Shown here: piece after piece, positions 25,981 through 37,900 of the stretch
Layout: every line of letters begins with the position of its first letter
Numbering within the stretch: position 1 is the first letter of the stretch
DNA from: Okamejei kenojei
Taxonomy: Eukaryota
DNA length: 64,000 bases
Direction: 5' to 3'
Assembly (NCBI GenBank): GCA_035221665.1
Contig: JAVHYY010000086.1
Coordinates: forward strand, 434,001 to 498,000
The notes under the pieces: generated by a model
What the model was told of the DNA's origin: nothing
Databases searched by the model: none
Seen by the model: the letters and a program-made list of their open reading frames with translations, nothing else
Program-made: the position numbers and the translations under genes

Positions 25981-26850
25981 AGAAACATAGAAACATCGAA
26001 ATTAGGTGCAGGAGTAGGCCATTCGGCCCTTCGAGCCTACACCGCCATTCAATATGATCATTTCTGATCATCCAACTCAGTATCCCGTACCTGCCTTCTC
26101 TCCAGAACTCTGATCCCCTTAGCCACAAGGGCCACGTCTAACTCCCTCTTAAATATAGCCAATGAACTGGCCTCAACTACCCTCTGTGGCAGAGAGTTCC
26201 AGAGACTCACCACTCTCTGTGTGAAAAAAGTCTTTCTCATCTCGGTCTTAAAGGATTTCCTCCTTATCCTTAAGCTGTGACCCCTTGTCCTGGACTTCCA
26301 CAACATCGGGAACGATCTTCCTGCATCTAGCCTGTCCAACCCCTTAAGAATTTTGTAAGTTACTATAAGCTCCCCTATCAATCTCCTAAATTTTAGAGAG
26401 TATAAACCGAGTCTATCCAGTCTTTCTTCATAAGACAGTCCTGACATCCCAGGAATCAGTCTGGTGAACCTTCCCTGCACTCCCTCTATGGCAATAATGT
26501 TCCTCCTCAGATTTGGAGACCAAAACTGTACGCAATACTCCAGGTGTGGTCTTACCAAGACCCTGTACAACTGAAGTAGAACCTCCCTGCTCCTATACTC
26601 AAATCCTTTTGCTATGAAAGCTAACATACCATTCGCTTTTTTCACTGCATGCCTACTTTCAATGACTGGTGTACCATGACACCCATGTCTCGCTGCATCT
26701 CCCCTTTTACTAATCGGCCACCATTTGGATAATAGTCTGCTTTCCTGGTTTTGCAACCAAAGTGGATAACCTCACATTTATCCATATTATACTGCATCTG
26801 CCAAACATTTGCCCACTCATCCAGCCTATCCAAGTCACCTTGCAGTCTCC
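25978..26850 (-). mobile_element. CR1 LINE 3' fragment, young family
   Basis: LVRPHLEYCVQFWSP, FFTQRVVSLWNSLP; (TATGTTTC)n tail. Confidence 0.95.
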
Positions 26851-29115
26851 AAATGCTTTGATTCAACCAATTACATGTGGCAATTCACGATACAAGCATC
26901 AGTGACACAGGGCAGGAACGGAGATTAGGCCCACAACGGCGAACTGAAATGTAAGACGCAAACGCCCAAATCGCGCGTGCTTACGGGCAGGAGATTTGGA
27001 ACGCCGCTCAGCGGTGACCGGACGTAGGGGAGATGGTGATCGGTCACCGGGAGCGAACGGCGCGTCTTCACAATCAGTAGCAGCGCGCAGTGAGTGGGAC
27101 GAACTGCAGTGACGGCACAACTGCGGAGGTGAAAGCAACGCGACCTTTACCTCTATCTATTCAATTCCTCTAATAGTGTAATATAGTTTGATTTGATTGT
27201 ACTGATGTATATTGTTTTCGGCACTGATTGGGTAGCGTGCAACTCAAACTTTTTTTCATCTCATCGCTCTACACGTGACAATTATAACCATAACATTTAA
27301 ACTAATTTTTTTTGCATACATTAAAGGTACATGCAATGATTTAGATGTGCAGAATCTGCTTCAATTGCACGAGAGTTCACCCTTATCTCTATCCCGTGAC
27401 AATATGCTTTTTGCTCGACAGACCATTATGATTATTTGGAAATGTCGTCGTTGCGTTTTTGCGATTTGGCGAAGTGGTGCCATATGGCGGAATTCGATTG
27501 CGTTTAACATTGCCGAGGAAATTGAATACATATTCCACAAGGTGGCAACAATGCCTTTGTAAAAATAATCTGTGAAACGTCAGCCGTGTTGCAGATGCTG
27601 ATCAATAACTTCACATGTGATCAGTAACTTCCCATTTACTAACTCAGTTATTTTCAATTTAGCACGTTTTATCATTTTCTGAGGCATTTTTATGTCTGTT
27701 TTTCTCCCCATATATGTTCCCGGAGTCGTATTACAAGCATTACCAGTGAGAGAGAGAGATGGTTATCATACTTTCCGTTGTAAGTTTGCACTGGTGTATT
27801 CCAACTCAATAAACTTGGTTGCGCACTCCGTTGAATAGTTGTCAGCCTGGCATATACTTTTTCCCATTTATAAACATATAAAAATAGATGCATTAGGCCA
27901 TTCGGCCCTTCGAGTGAGCACCGCTATTCAATATGATCATGGCTGAGCATCTAAAATCAGTACCCCGTTCCTGCTTTCCCCTCATATACCTTAATTTCTT
28001 TAGCCCAAAGAGCTGAATCGAACTCGCTCTTGAAGAGAGATATTTAATTTGTATTATTAAATATCCAAATGAGTACAAACAATAAACATGCTTATTATTC
28101 CACAATGTTCTACAGGTGAACATTAATCCCTCTGCAAGTACGAATTTATTTGGTGAAACACAATATGGCATCATTGTATGTAGGTACATAATCGTGTGCT
28201 CGATTTCCATCTCAGAACATCAACCCCGTAGGTCCGACCATATTGCAACCACGTCACCCTTAGGTCACTAGTTTTTCTTACGACATGTCAAAGTGTGGAG
28301 TATTTCGGGAAGAGGTTCGTGGGAACGTATGGATTGGTGCTGGGGTCACTCACTCAATCAAACCCATCAATCCTTCCTGAAACGAAACACATGATACGAG
28401 AATTTTCCATTTTAACTGTTCCCATAACTGCTAATTCGTTCCTTCAATAGGCCATTGCATTCAAGCCAGCACACCTCCTTGATCCGCGTCCTTTGTCAGG
28501 AATGCAAGCCAGATCATGGGCAGTGAACGTTCTTTGCTGTGTATCGATTGCTTGCCGTAATTGTTTTGAAATTCATATATGCTGCAAGCTCATTTTGTTT
28601 CCTCTTTGCAATTGCTAACCACTTTATATTCCAGGCACCTGTGCCCTTGGATAGGTGATCATTCCCTTCTGCTGCATTTTTAGTTTCAGTTCGATGCGAT
28701 AATTAATAACTCAACTTCATGTGCACCCATATAATAATCTGGATATTTGAACATCCTCAGCTCACAACCAATTGGAGCAACGATTTAAGTTCTAGGTAGA
28801 CAGCAGTAACCGCAGATGCTGTGATTTGAAAAAAAAACAAGAAATACTGGAGTAACACAGCGGGCCAGGCCGCATCACCTGATAACACGGACATAATACG
28901 TATCGGGCAGTGACTGTTTTTTGGACTGAAGAAGAATCCCGACCCAAAACGCTGCCCTCCAGAGATGCTGCATTACCCGCCGAGTTACACCTGCAATTGA
29001 TCACTTTTACTTAAGTCATTTGTTTCATTCCAGCCTAAAGAAGCAGGGCAGATTCGTTATTATGGCTACCTATTCTGACTCTCTCAATTTTACCATTTCT
29101 CTCCCTCTCTCTCAG

Positions 29116-29201
29116 CGAATTTCGTGACGATACAAAATTCTGTAGAAAGCAAGATGCGGCCTCTCCAAATGTATCACTCCCTACCTGATGTGCATGGCAG
29201 T
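29116..29201 (+). pseudogene. GPR139-like GPCR exon 2 fragment, copy 2
   Basis: After ctctcAG: cg aat ttc gtg acg ata ... aga tgc ggc ctc tcc aaa tgt atc act ccc tac ctg atg tgc atg gca (ANFVTI..RCGLSKCITPYLMCMA), then cut by a LINE tail. Confidence 0.8.
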
Positions 29202-29615
29202 AATAAATACTTTATTGACCCCCTCAGGGAAATTCAGATGTCCAGAAGCCCCCAACCAACCATGCATTCAAAACGAACGCAGACATAAAATACATAAAAT
29301 ACCATGTGGGCACTATCCGAGAGAAATAAATACATTAAAAATATTAATAAGCAATTAAAAATTAAAACAATGAACAAATGCACCCCCCTACAGCCTAGCG
29401 GTACGATTTATAACATCTAATGGCTGCAGGGGTGAACGATCTCCTGAACCGTTCTGTTCTACAGCGCAGGGAGAGGAGCCGGTTCCGAGTGCTTCTTTTG
29501 ACTCTCCAGAACTACATGGAGGGGATGCCCAGGGTTTGCAGGGTGACCTGCACCTTGCACCTCATACGCCCGCTCTAGGCCTGCAAGATGGTTACAAAGA
29601 CTCTGTGTTACCGGC
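29202..29615 (-). mobile_element. Rex1/Babar-like LINE 3' fragment
   Basis: The minus strand encodes CRTERFRRSFTPAAIRCY; tail ..ggggtcaataaagtatttatt. Confidence 0.7.
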
Positions 29616-30113
29616 CATTAAAATCTGGCTGCAGAAGATTGTAGTGAACATATGTTAGACGACGGTAAACAAACGAACAACCGGCAATTATTACCGTTCA
29701 ACGAATAAACTGGAGACAATTGCCACTGGATTATCGTTTCCGGAAATAGAATTGCACATCTTTTTATTGATGCCACAGTTTCTAGTATTCGATCGACATT
29801 GGCTTTGATAATACCCGAAATCATCATAATTGAATTCTTGATTACGTAACTTCCGGTTGACATATCAATTTCCTCAGATGCATGGTCCACGCATAGTTAC
29901 GCCCACAAAACAGGCAAAAATCAAGTTTCGTTTTAATCTCCGTCACTCATGCACTCACCATGTAGTCAGTAATATCCGGGACAACGCCCTAAGCACGTGA
30001 ACAGATCACTAAAGGCGTTTCACTTTAGTCCTTTGGAATAATCTCCAAGACCCGTAGAGGGCCACTGTCTAGATCTTCCCGTTTACACAACCACTCGGTC
30101 CTTGAGCGAAAAT

Positions 30114-31501
30114 ATGGAGATCGTCATTCTGATTACTCTCATTGTATGTTTCCTTGGTGAGTAGCTCTCAGAGGAGCATGGGATAAAGAAATAACATTTC
30201 CCCGATGAGTCCACGATTGATTATTGGTTCTCGATAATTTAACGGCCGGGGCTCCACAGATGATCCGAGTGACTTCTCCATTGGTGTTGTGTTTAAAGTT
30301 GGTAACGTAGCGGAGGCCATGTTCCACTCCGCAGACTAATCAATATAATCTGCATTTGCTTCACCATTCTCCCGCCATCCACCCCCCCCCCCTCCACTGT
30401 AACAGTATATCCGAGCCAACACTCCCTGAAGGACATGGTCCTGTGCTGTTGTGTTGTAGTGTTGTAGTGAATGGTTCCAAATCCGTCTGCCAATATTGTG
30501 CAGAGATGCCGTCATATGGATCTGCTGCAGTACAATGGGATGATAAAGAAGTTCTTGGGACCCTCTGTGGGTAACACACTTTAATTGACCACATTACATG
30601 CTGATGCAGGAAAGAACTGCAGATGTTGGCTTAAATTACGTGCTTAAACTACGTATTAGGTTTATTTATCACCTGCACTGTTGGACAGTGAGAAGCTTTG
30701 TTTAGCAAATTACCAATCAGATCAGATAATAAATAAATACGATCAAGGTCAACTTAAGTACGATTGATCGTGCAAACTGAAAGATGCCGTGTGAAAAATA
30801 TTATTCTCAGCATTGTAACGCACGTGTTCCAAAGACAAATTCCAATGCATGCAACGTGTAACTGTTAATTGGTCTCCCTAGTGTTTAGTAGGACTGCTCT
30901 GAATCCTGATAACAGGGCAGGGGAAACTGTTCCTGAGTCTGCTGGTGCGCGCTCCCAAACGTCTGTACCTTATGCCCGACGGGGACGGGGAGATGAAGGA
31001 ATGATCAGGGAGTGAGACATCTTTGATTATTTTGAATGCTTTTCCAAGACATCGTAAAGTGCTCATGGAGCCCTACAATTGACCCGGGGCCTATTCTTCC
31101 AGAGTGGCGTTTGTTCCAAGTTAACGACACAAAACATTTTTTGAGGATCACTTTTAACCAATGTTCCTTTTATTGTTCCTAAACCCGATCATAGGTCGTA
31201 GTCATGGAAATTCGGTAAGTCAACCACAATCATCAGAAAAAAAGAAAGAAGGCGAAGGGGTGATGCTTTCATGCCACTACAACACTGCAGAAAGCACTTA
31301 TTCTTTGTACTGGTACAGAAAACAAGCGGAGAATGAACCTGTGTTTATTGTGCGGCAGAAGTCTTGGAGGGGAGAAGAGAGAGGAGAGGGATTCGGGACA
31401 CGTTTCTTTTCGGAGCTGAACACAAAGACGAAGCGGAATAATTTAATGGTCACCGGGTTGCAACTGACCGACTCCGCCCTGTATTACTGCGCTTTCGAAG
31501 G
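30114..31501 (+). CDS. Intact TCR alpha/delta-type V segment V4 (leader 30114-30156, V exon 31195-31501)
   Basis: Leader MEIVILITLIVCFL then GTGAGT; after atAG: GRSHGNSVSQPQSSEKKKEGEGVMLSCHYNTAESTYSLYWYRKQ..GLQLTDSALYYCAFE. Both Cys and the Trp are present, there are no stops, and a 23-RSS follows. Confidence 0.95.
30880..31066 (-). mobile_element. Rex1-like LINE fragment in the V4 intron
   Basis: KIIKDVSLPDHS..SGIRYRRLGARTSRLRNSFP. Confidence 0.65.
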
Positions 31502-31540
31502 CACAGCGATGGAAAGTAGCTTCATATCAGTACGAAAACT
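31502..31540 (+). other. 23-spacer RSS of V4
   Basis: CACAGCG, 23-nt spacer, ACGAAAACT. Confidence 0.92.
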
Positions 31541-32276
31541 CCAATTGCCTGTGGTACAGACCACCTGCCTGTTGCAGGTTTTGTCAACACATGCCAAGTG
31601 CCACCGCAACGCTCAGGCGCACGCCGACAGGAAACCGTGGGTGCTTCGGTTCAAACTGTCAGCAACCGTTCCCATTAGCACCGTAGCCATGAAACAGATT
31701 CAAAATCGTGGACACTGTTGCAAGGTTCACCAGGTTATCCTTACGTACATATAAATGAACAAACAAAAGCATCAATTCAGCATCGGATGTCGCGCAAATA
31801 ATATTTGTAAAATCAATCCGCGTTGACGTCTAATTGTCAAACCATGTGCGTGCCGAACGTACTATAGTCCACATATCTACTCACTGTACCCGGCGGCGCG
31901 TTTGTACATGAATGCAGGGTGGGAGGGCTGCTACGATGTGCACAGCTGGTTAGTGTCAAGGTGGAGGCATAGCCGTGGAAGTTTTATTAAACACCGGAGA
32001 TGGCTTTAAAACATTAGAATATAATTGAACCAGGGGCGAAGCAGATCAGGACATTCCGACGTGTATAGACATTTTGGGGACCAGCATCAGTCTGGTTACG
32101 TCCGCAAGACTAAATACAGAAGCAGTCCCTAACTGTATGCCATTTTAATTCCGCATCCCATTCCAACATGAAAACCATGCAATGTCAGGGTGAAGCCAAA
32201 CTCAAACTAATAGAACATCCAACTGAGATAGAAACAAAAAGCTCGTACAAATAGCATCTCTGAAAAGAAGGAATTT

Positions 32277-32309
32277 GTGACGTTTCTGGTCGAGACCCTT
32301 CTTCAGACG
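32277..32309 (-). ncRNA. Minimal hammerhead-ribozyme-like motif in a Penelope-derived repeat (degenerate)
   Basis: Minus strand GU-CUGAAGA-AGGGUCUCGACCA-GAAAC-GUC-AC. Confidence 0.5.
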
Positions 32310-32639
32310 ATTCCCCCTGGATAGTTTATATCAGCAACGTAAATATTTAACTCTCCAATATCATGTAACACGCTTCCCCTCTCGCCCTTTCTCTTTCTTT
32401 CTTATGCATTCAGGTCCTCTCATACCATTTCTTCCGATATCCCGTGTCTAACACACGGTTCCTACTCCTACCGGCACCCCACTGAGCCCCTATCCACTAT
32501 TTATGTGCGACACCATCACACCCTTACTTAATTCCACTTTTAATTTCGTATCATATTTGATCACCTGCAGCCTTCGGAAGTCTCCACTTATCCTTCACGA
32601 TTCGGTGCCCCCACTGTTCACAAGTTCCCACGTTCACAA

Positions 32640-34780
32640 GTTATAGTAGAACTAGTCAATTCGACTCATCGATTCTACTCCGCCATTCAATCATGGCTGA
32701 ACTCTGGCTCCAAATCCTAGTTTGTTGCCTACTTCCCATAACCCTTGACACCCGTTCTAATCAAGAAATTATCTGACTTCAGCAAATATTCAGCGACTTG
32801 GACTCCACATCCCCCTGTGGCAATGAGTTCCACAGATTAATTACCCTCTGACTAAATAGGTTTTTGCTCACATCCTTTCCAAAATAGCGCCCTATAATTC
32901 TGAGGCTTTGACCTCTAGTCCCAAGACTCTCCCAACTGCGGAGACCTCCTTTCCACATCCATCTATGCTTTTCATTATTCTGCAATTTTCGATGACCCAC
33001 CTCAACCTTCTAAACGCCAGCCAGTAAAGGCCCAGTGCTATCAAACGCACATCATATGCTAACCCTCGTATTCAATAGACTACAAACAATAGACTATAGA
33101 CAATAGTCGCAGGAGTAGACCATTCGACCATTCTCTTGAAAGCATCCAGATAATTGGCCTTCATTACTTTCTGAGGCAGAGAAGTCAACTGATTCATAGC
33201 TCCCTCGGTGAAATGTTCTTTCTCATCCCGTTCTAAATGGCCAACCCATAATACTCAAACTGTGGACCCTGGTTCTGGACTCCCCCAACATCGGGAACAT
33301 GTTTCCTCCCTCCATCGTGTTCAGTCCCTCAATAATCTTATATGTTTCATAAGATCCCCTCACATCCTTCTAAATTACAGTGTATTCAAGTCTAGTCGCT
33401 CCATTCCATCAACGTATTACAGTCCCGCCGTCCCGGGAATTACCCTCGTGAATCAACGCTGCACTCCCTCAAGAGCAAGAATGGCGACAAAAATTGCACA
33501 CAATACCCCAGGCGTGATCTCACTGGGAGCCTGTAGAACTACAGAAGGACCTCTTTGCTGCTATACTCAACTCCTCTTTTTCTGAAGGCCAACGTCCCAT
33601 TAGCTTTCCTCACTGAGTGATGAACCTGCATGCTTACTTTCAGTGACTAATAAACAAGGACAACCAGATCTCGTTGTACCTCCCCTTTTCCTAACTTGAC
33701 AACATTCAGGTAATAATCTACCATCCTGTTCTTGCCACCAAAGTGGACAATCTCACATTTATCCACATTAAACTTCTTCTGCCATGCAATCTGCCCACTC
33801 ATCCAACCTGTCCAAGTCACCTGGCATCATCATAATATCCGCCTCACAGTTCACACTGCCACCCAGCCTTGTGCCATCTCCAAATGTTATATTTAATCCC
33901 TTCATCTAAATCATGAATTTACTTTTTAAATATATGTGGTCCCAGAACCGAGCCTTGCGGTACTCAACTAGTCACTGCACCCCTTTCTGCAGGGGACCCA
34001 TTAATCCCTACTCTTTGTTTCCTGTCTGCCAACCAATGTTCTACCCATGTCTGCACCCTACCCCCAATACCATGTGCTCTAATTTGCCCACTAATCTCCT
34101 ATGTGGGAAATTATCACAAGCTATCTGAAAGTCCAGGTCACTGCATCTACTTGCTCTCACTTCTCAATTTTCCTAGTTACATCCTCAAAAAATTCTAAAA
34201 GATTAGTCACATGATATCCCCATCGGAAATCCATGTTCATTCAGAACGAGCTTGTTACTTGTTATATATATAGAATCTAATATATAATATAACATATAAT
34301 GTAACTGATTATAATTGTAAGCTGTTAAAACATCTTCTCCACCACCGATGATATGCTAACTGGTCTATAATTCCCTGTTTTCTCTCTCCCTCCTTTCTTA
34401 AACAGTGCGATATCATTAGCCTACAAGGCACAGTAACTGATCCAGAATGAATAGAACATTGGGAAATTATCACCAATGCGTCCACGATTTCGAAAGCCAT
34501 TTCCTTAAGTGCCCTGGGATGCAGACAATCGGGCCGTGGGGATTTCTCAGCCTTCAGTCCCATGAGTCTACCCAACACCATTTCCTGACGAATGTGAATT
34601 TCCTTCAGTTCTTCCCTTACCAATTGTTCTCTGACTAGGACATCAGGAAAATTGTTTGTGTCCTCCATAGTGAAGACGGATCCATAATACCTGTTCAACT
34701 CATCTGCCATTTCCTTGTTCCCCATATTAAATTCAGCCTTTTTAGTCTTCAAGGGTCCAACTTTGGTCTTAACTATTTGT
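32640..34780 (-). mobile_element. Degenerate CR1 fragments
   Basis: GNKEMADELNRYY, GLKAEKSPRPDCLHPRALKE, FSQRVINLWNSLP. Confidence 0.85.
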
Positions 34781-34918
34781 TGTTCCTACGCAGCGGCTCA
34801 GGGAGAACCCTCATCAATGCTGATACGGACAGGAAATAGACATCACTAGCACTCACCTATTTCAAATCATATCAACTTGATAATTTTCAGTCGTGGAAAA
34901 TAATACAGAAACTATCGG

Positions 34919-37900
34919 TTATGCGTAAGATTTGAACCATGTTTTAATAGTAAGATTAAACGAGAACTTACCAGTTCGAAGTTTGATCGTTATTTTATGA
35001 GGAGTTACGATGAGGGATTACGTGAAGAACCCGCCTCACGCTGGCAACGGCATACTTCAAAGCAGCGGCATGAAAAACACAGAACACCAAAAGCCGGAGT
35101 AACATAGTAAGGCTCATAAAAGACTTAGAACTACCATTTGATCATTTATTTTATGAGGGTGGGAGTGGAGGGCACGTAATCCCTCATCGTAACTCCTCAT
35201 AAAATAACGATCATACTTCGAACTGGTAAGTTCTCGTTTAATCTTACTATTTTACTTCGGAGTCACGTGAGTGACTACGTGAAGATTTTAAAGCTTTCTG
35301 TGTTTTTTTATGTCGTAGAATTAATCCGTACGACAGTCCGGCTAAGTAAACACATACATGAGAAACCAGACTAATGTTAGTTCTTTTCACAATTAACTTT
35401 TTTTAATGGTTTAAAGACCATATAATAACCCTCCTTATATCTGAGGGAATGATTACAAATGATAAAAGATATAAGTGACTACATAACTGATTATAGCAAT
35501 TAATAGGAAACAAAGCAGGTGATTATAGTGATCCCAACACCGCGTGTCCAAAGCTTATCATAGTGTGAACAGGTTGATTGTAGAACTTTGAAAAAGTTTC
35601 TTATTTACTCCACCCTGCGATTTTTAGAATATGCTCGAGAGGTACGTCCCGCCCCTTCGCCGCGGACGTAGCTGCCGCCCTGGTGGAGTGAGATTTGAAC
35701 ACATCAGTGTCTACTCCCGCTAAAAGCAACACCTGTTTCAACCACTTTGAGATAGTTTAAACTGAAGCTCTTGTGTGTGGTTTTTTGTGCGTAACCATTA
35801 ACGTTTTTTTCATTTCCTCGAAGAGTCTCAGTAACTTTAATATATTGGTTCAAATGTCTAACCACACACAAAGTAGGATCAATATGATAAGCTTGAAAGG
35901 TTACCTTTGCTCCAGATCTCCGTGGTCTGCTTTGTTTGATCAGCTCGTAAACATAGAACACAATATTATCTGTAGTCACATGCATACAGTCTAAACGCAA
36001 CATTTGTAAAGTTTGAGCTGAGACCAGTGACATTAACATTATTAATTTCAATGTTAATCTTTCCAATGTCAATCCTTCAATTGGAGTCCATTGTCTAAGT
36101 AGAGTAAGTACAATGCTCACATCCCAAAATCTCTGTGTATCTTGGTTTGGGTGGATTAATGTTAAAGATTCCTTTCATGAATCTAGATATTAATGGATGT
36201 GACCCAATTGATTTCTGATCAGTCATAAGTCCTAAATAGGATGACAAGGCACTGCGTGCAGTGTTAATGGCACTGTAACTTAAATGTTGCTCAAAATGCA
36301 AATTGGCAAGGAATTCCAAAACATTTGCAATATTCACAATATCATAAGAAATATTTGACTGTGTGCAAAATTCTTCCCATTACTTAATATGTGTCATATA
36401 TTGTTTGTGTGTGCTATCTCGCCATGATGCGACATAATTTCCATCGTTTTGTCCGATAATCCCAGCTCCTGCAGTGGTCTGGTCAAAACCTGTAGATTAA
36501 TAAATTCATATATGCATATAATGGATAAATGTCTTTAGTTACTGGACGAATCAAAATATCACTACAGTAGGAATCGACATATATGGCTCTTTAATCATAT
36601 TCAGCATTACTGGGAACCAAAGTTGAGTTGGCCAATTTGGAACTACCAACAATCCAGAGGCAGAATCTTGTTCTATCTTCTTCAGACATCTCTGAATCAA
36701 AGCAAATGGTGGAAAAGCATAAAAGAACATATTTCCCCAGTTTAACGAAACAGCATCTACTGCTACTGCATCTGGATCGTGTTCCCAAGACACATATTTA
36801 GGTAATTGATGATTAAGCCTTGATGCATACAAGTCAATTTCTGGTAACCCAAATTGGTGTATAATATTTTTAAATATTGCTGGCTTAAGCATCCATTCCG
36901 TATAATCTTTAAATATCCTTGATCTTTTATCTGCCTCCACATTGTCTTTACCTGGAATGTAGCTTGCAGAAATCCATATTTGGCGATCCAATACACCATT
37001 ACCATATTTATTGACCAGACAATCACATGACACTGATCTAACTCCCCCCCATGTGATAAATATATGCAACAGCCGTATTAATTGTCTAACTTTATTAACA
37101 CATGTGCACCTTGTTTAGCACAACAATATGCTTTTAGTCCATAAAAGCACCCAATAACTCCAAATAGTTAATACCATCACTTGAAGAAACGCTTCTTCTT
37201 GAGCTTTTTCATCTACCTCCACAATTGGAGGATGAATCTGTTGCCCCCCCATCCGAGAGCACTAGCATCTGTTTGTAAAACCATTTCAGGCTGTTTAATC
37301 ATGATATTTATTAGCAGCTTGTGGGACATTTTTTAACCCACCATTGTAATTCCAACACAGCTTCTTTTGTTAATTACATAGGCCTGTCAAGTGGCCTGCC
37401 TTCTCTTTGAGAGCTCGTATCTTGTCCCTTCGAAGATTTTGATAATGTAATGGACCAAATTCTACTGCAGGAAACGCTGCTACCAGTTTACCAATGGTTT
37501 TCGCTATTTCTCGGATGGAAGGATAAGGTTTGAATGAGATAATTACAAGTTACCAAAATATCATCGACTTTATCTGTTGGTAAAGTTATTAACATAGTCA
37601 CTGAGTTAATTACAAACCCCAAAAGTTAATTGTTTGTGCTGGCTGCAGCTGGGACTTAATTGGATGAATCAAGAACCCTAGCTTACCACAAAGCTTTAGT
37701 AACTGAAACTGAGATCTCAGCTGACTCTTGATAATCACTAATGATCAGAATGTCATTGAGATAAGCCATAATAATGTGCATTTGTGCTCTTAATTGGGCT
37801 AAACTGGTTTCGACAGTTTCGTAAAGAGTCTATGAGCTGAACTCAGTCCATTTGGCAAAGCTTAACTGCCATAATTGTCCCAACCAATTAAATTTTAAGT

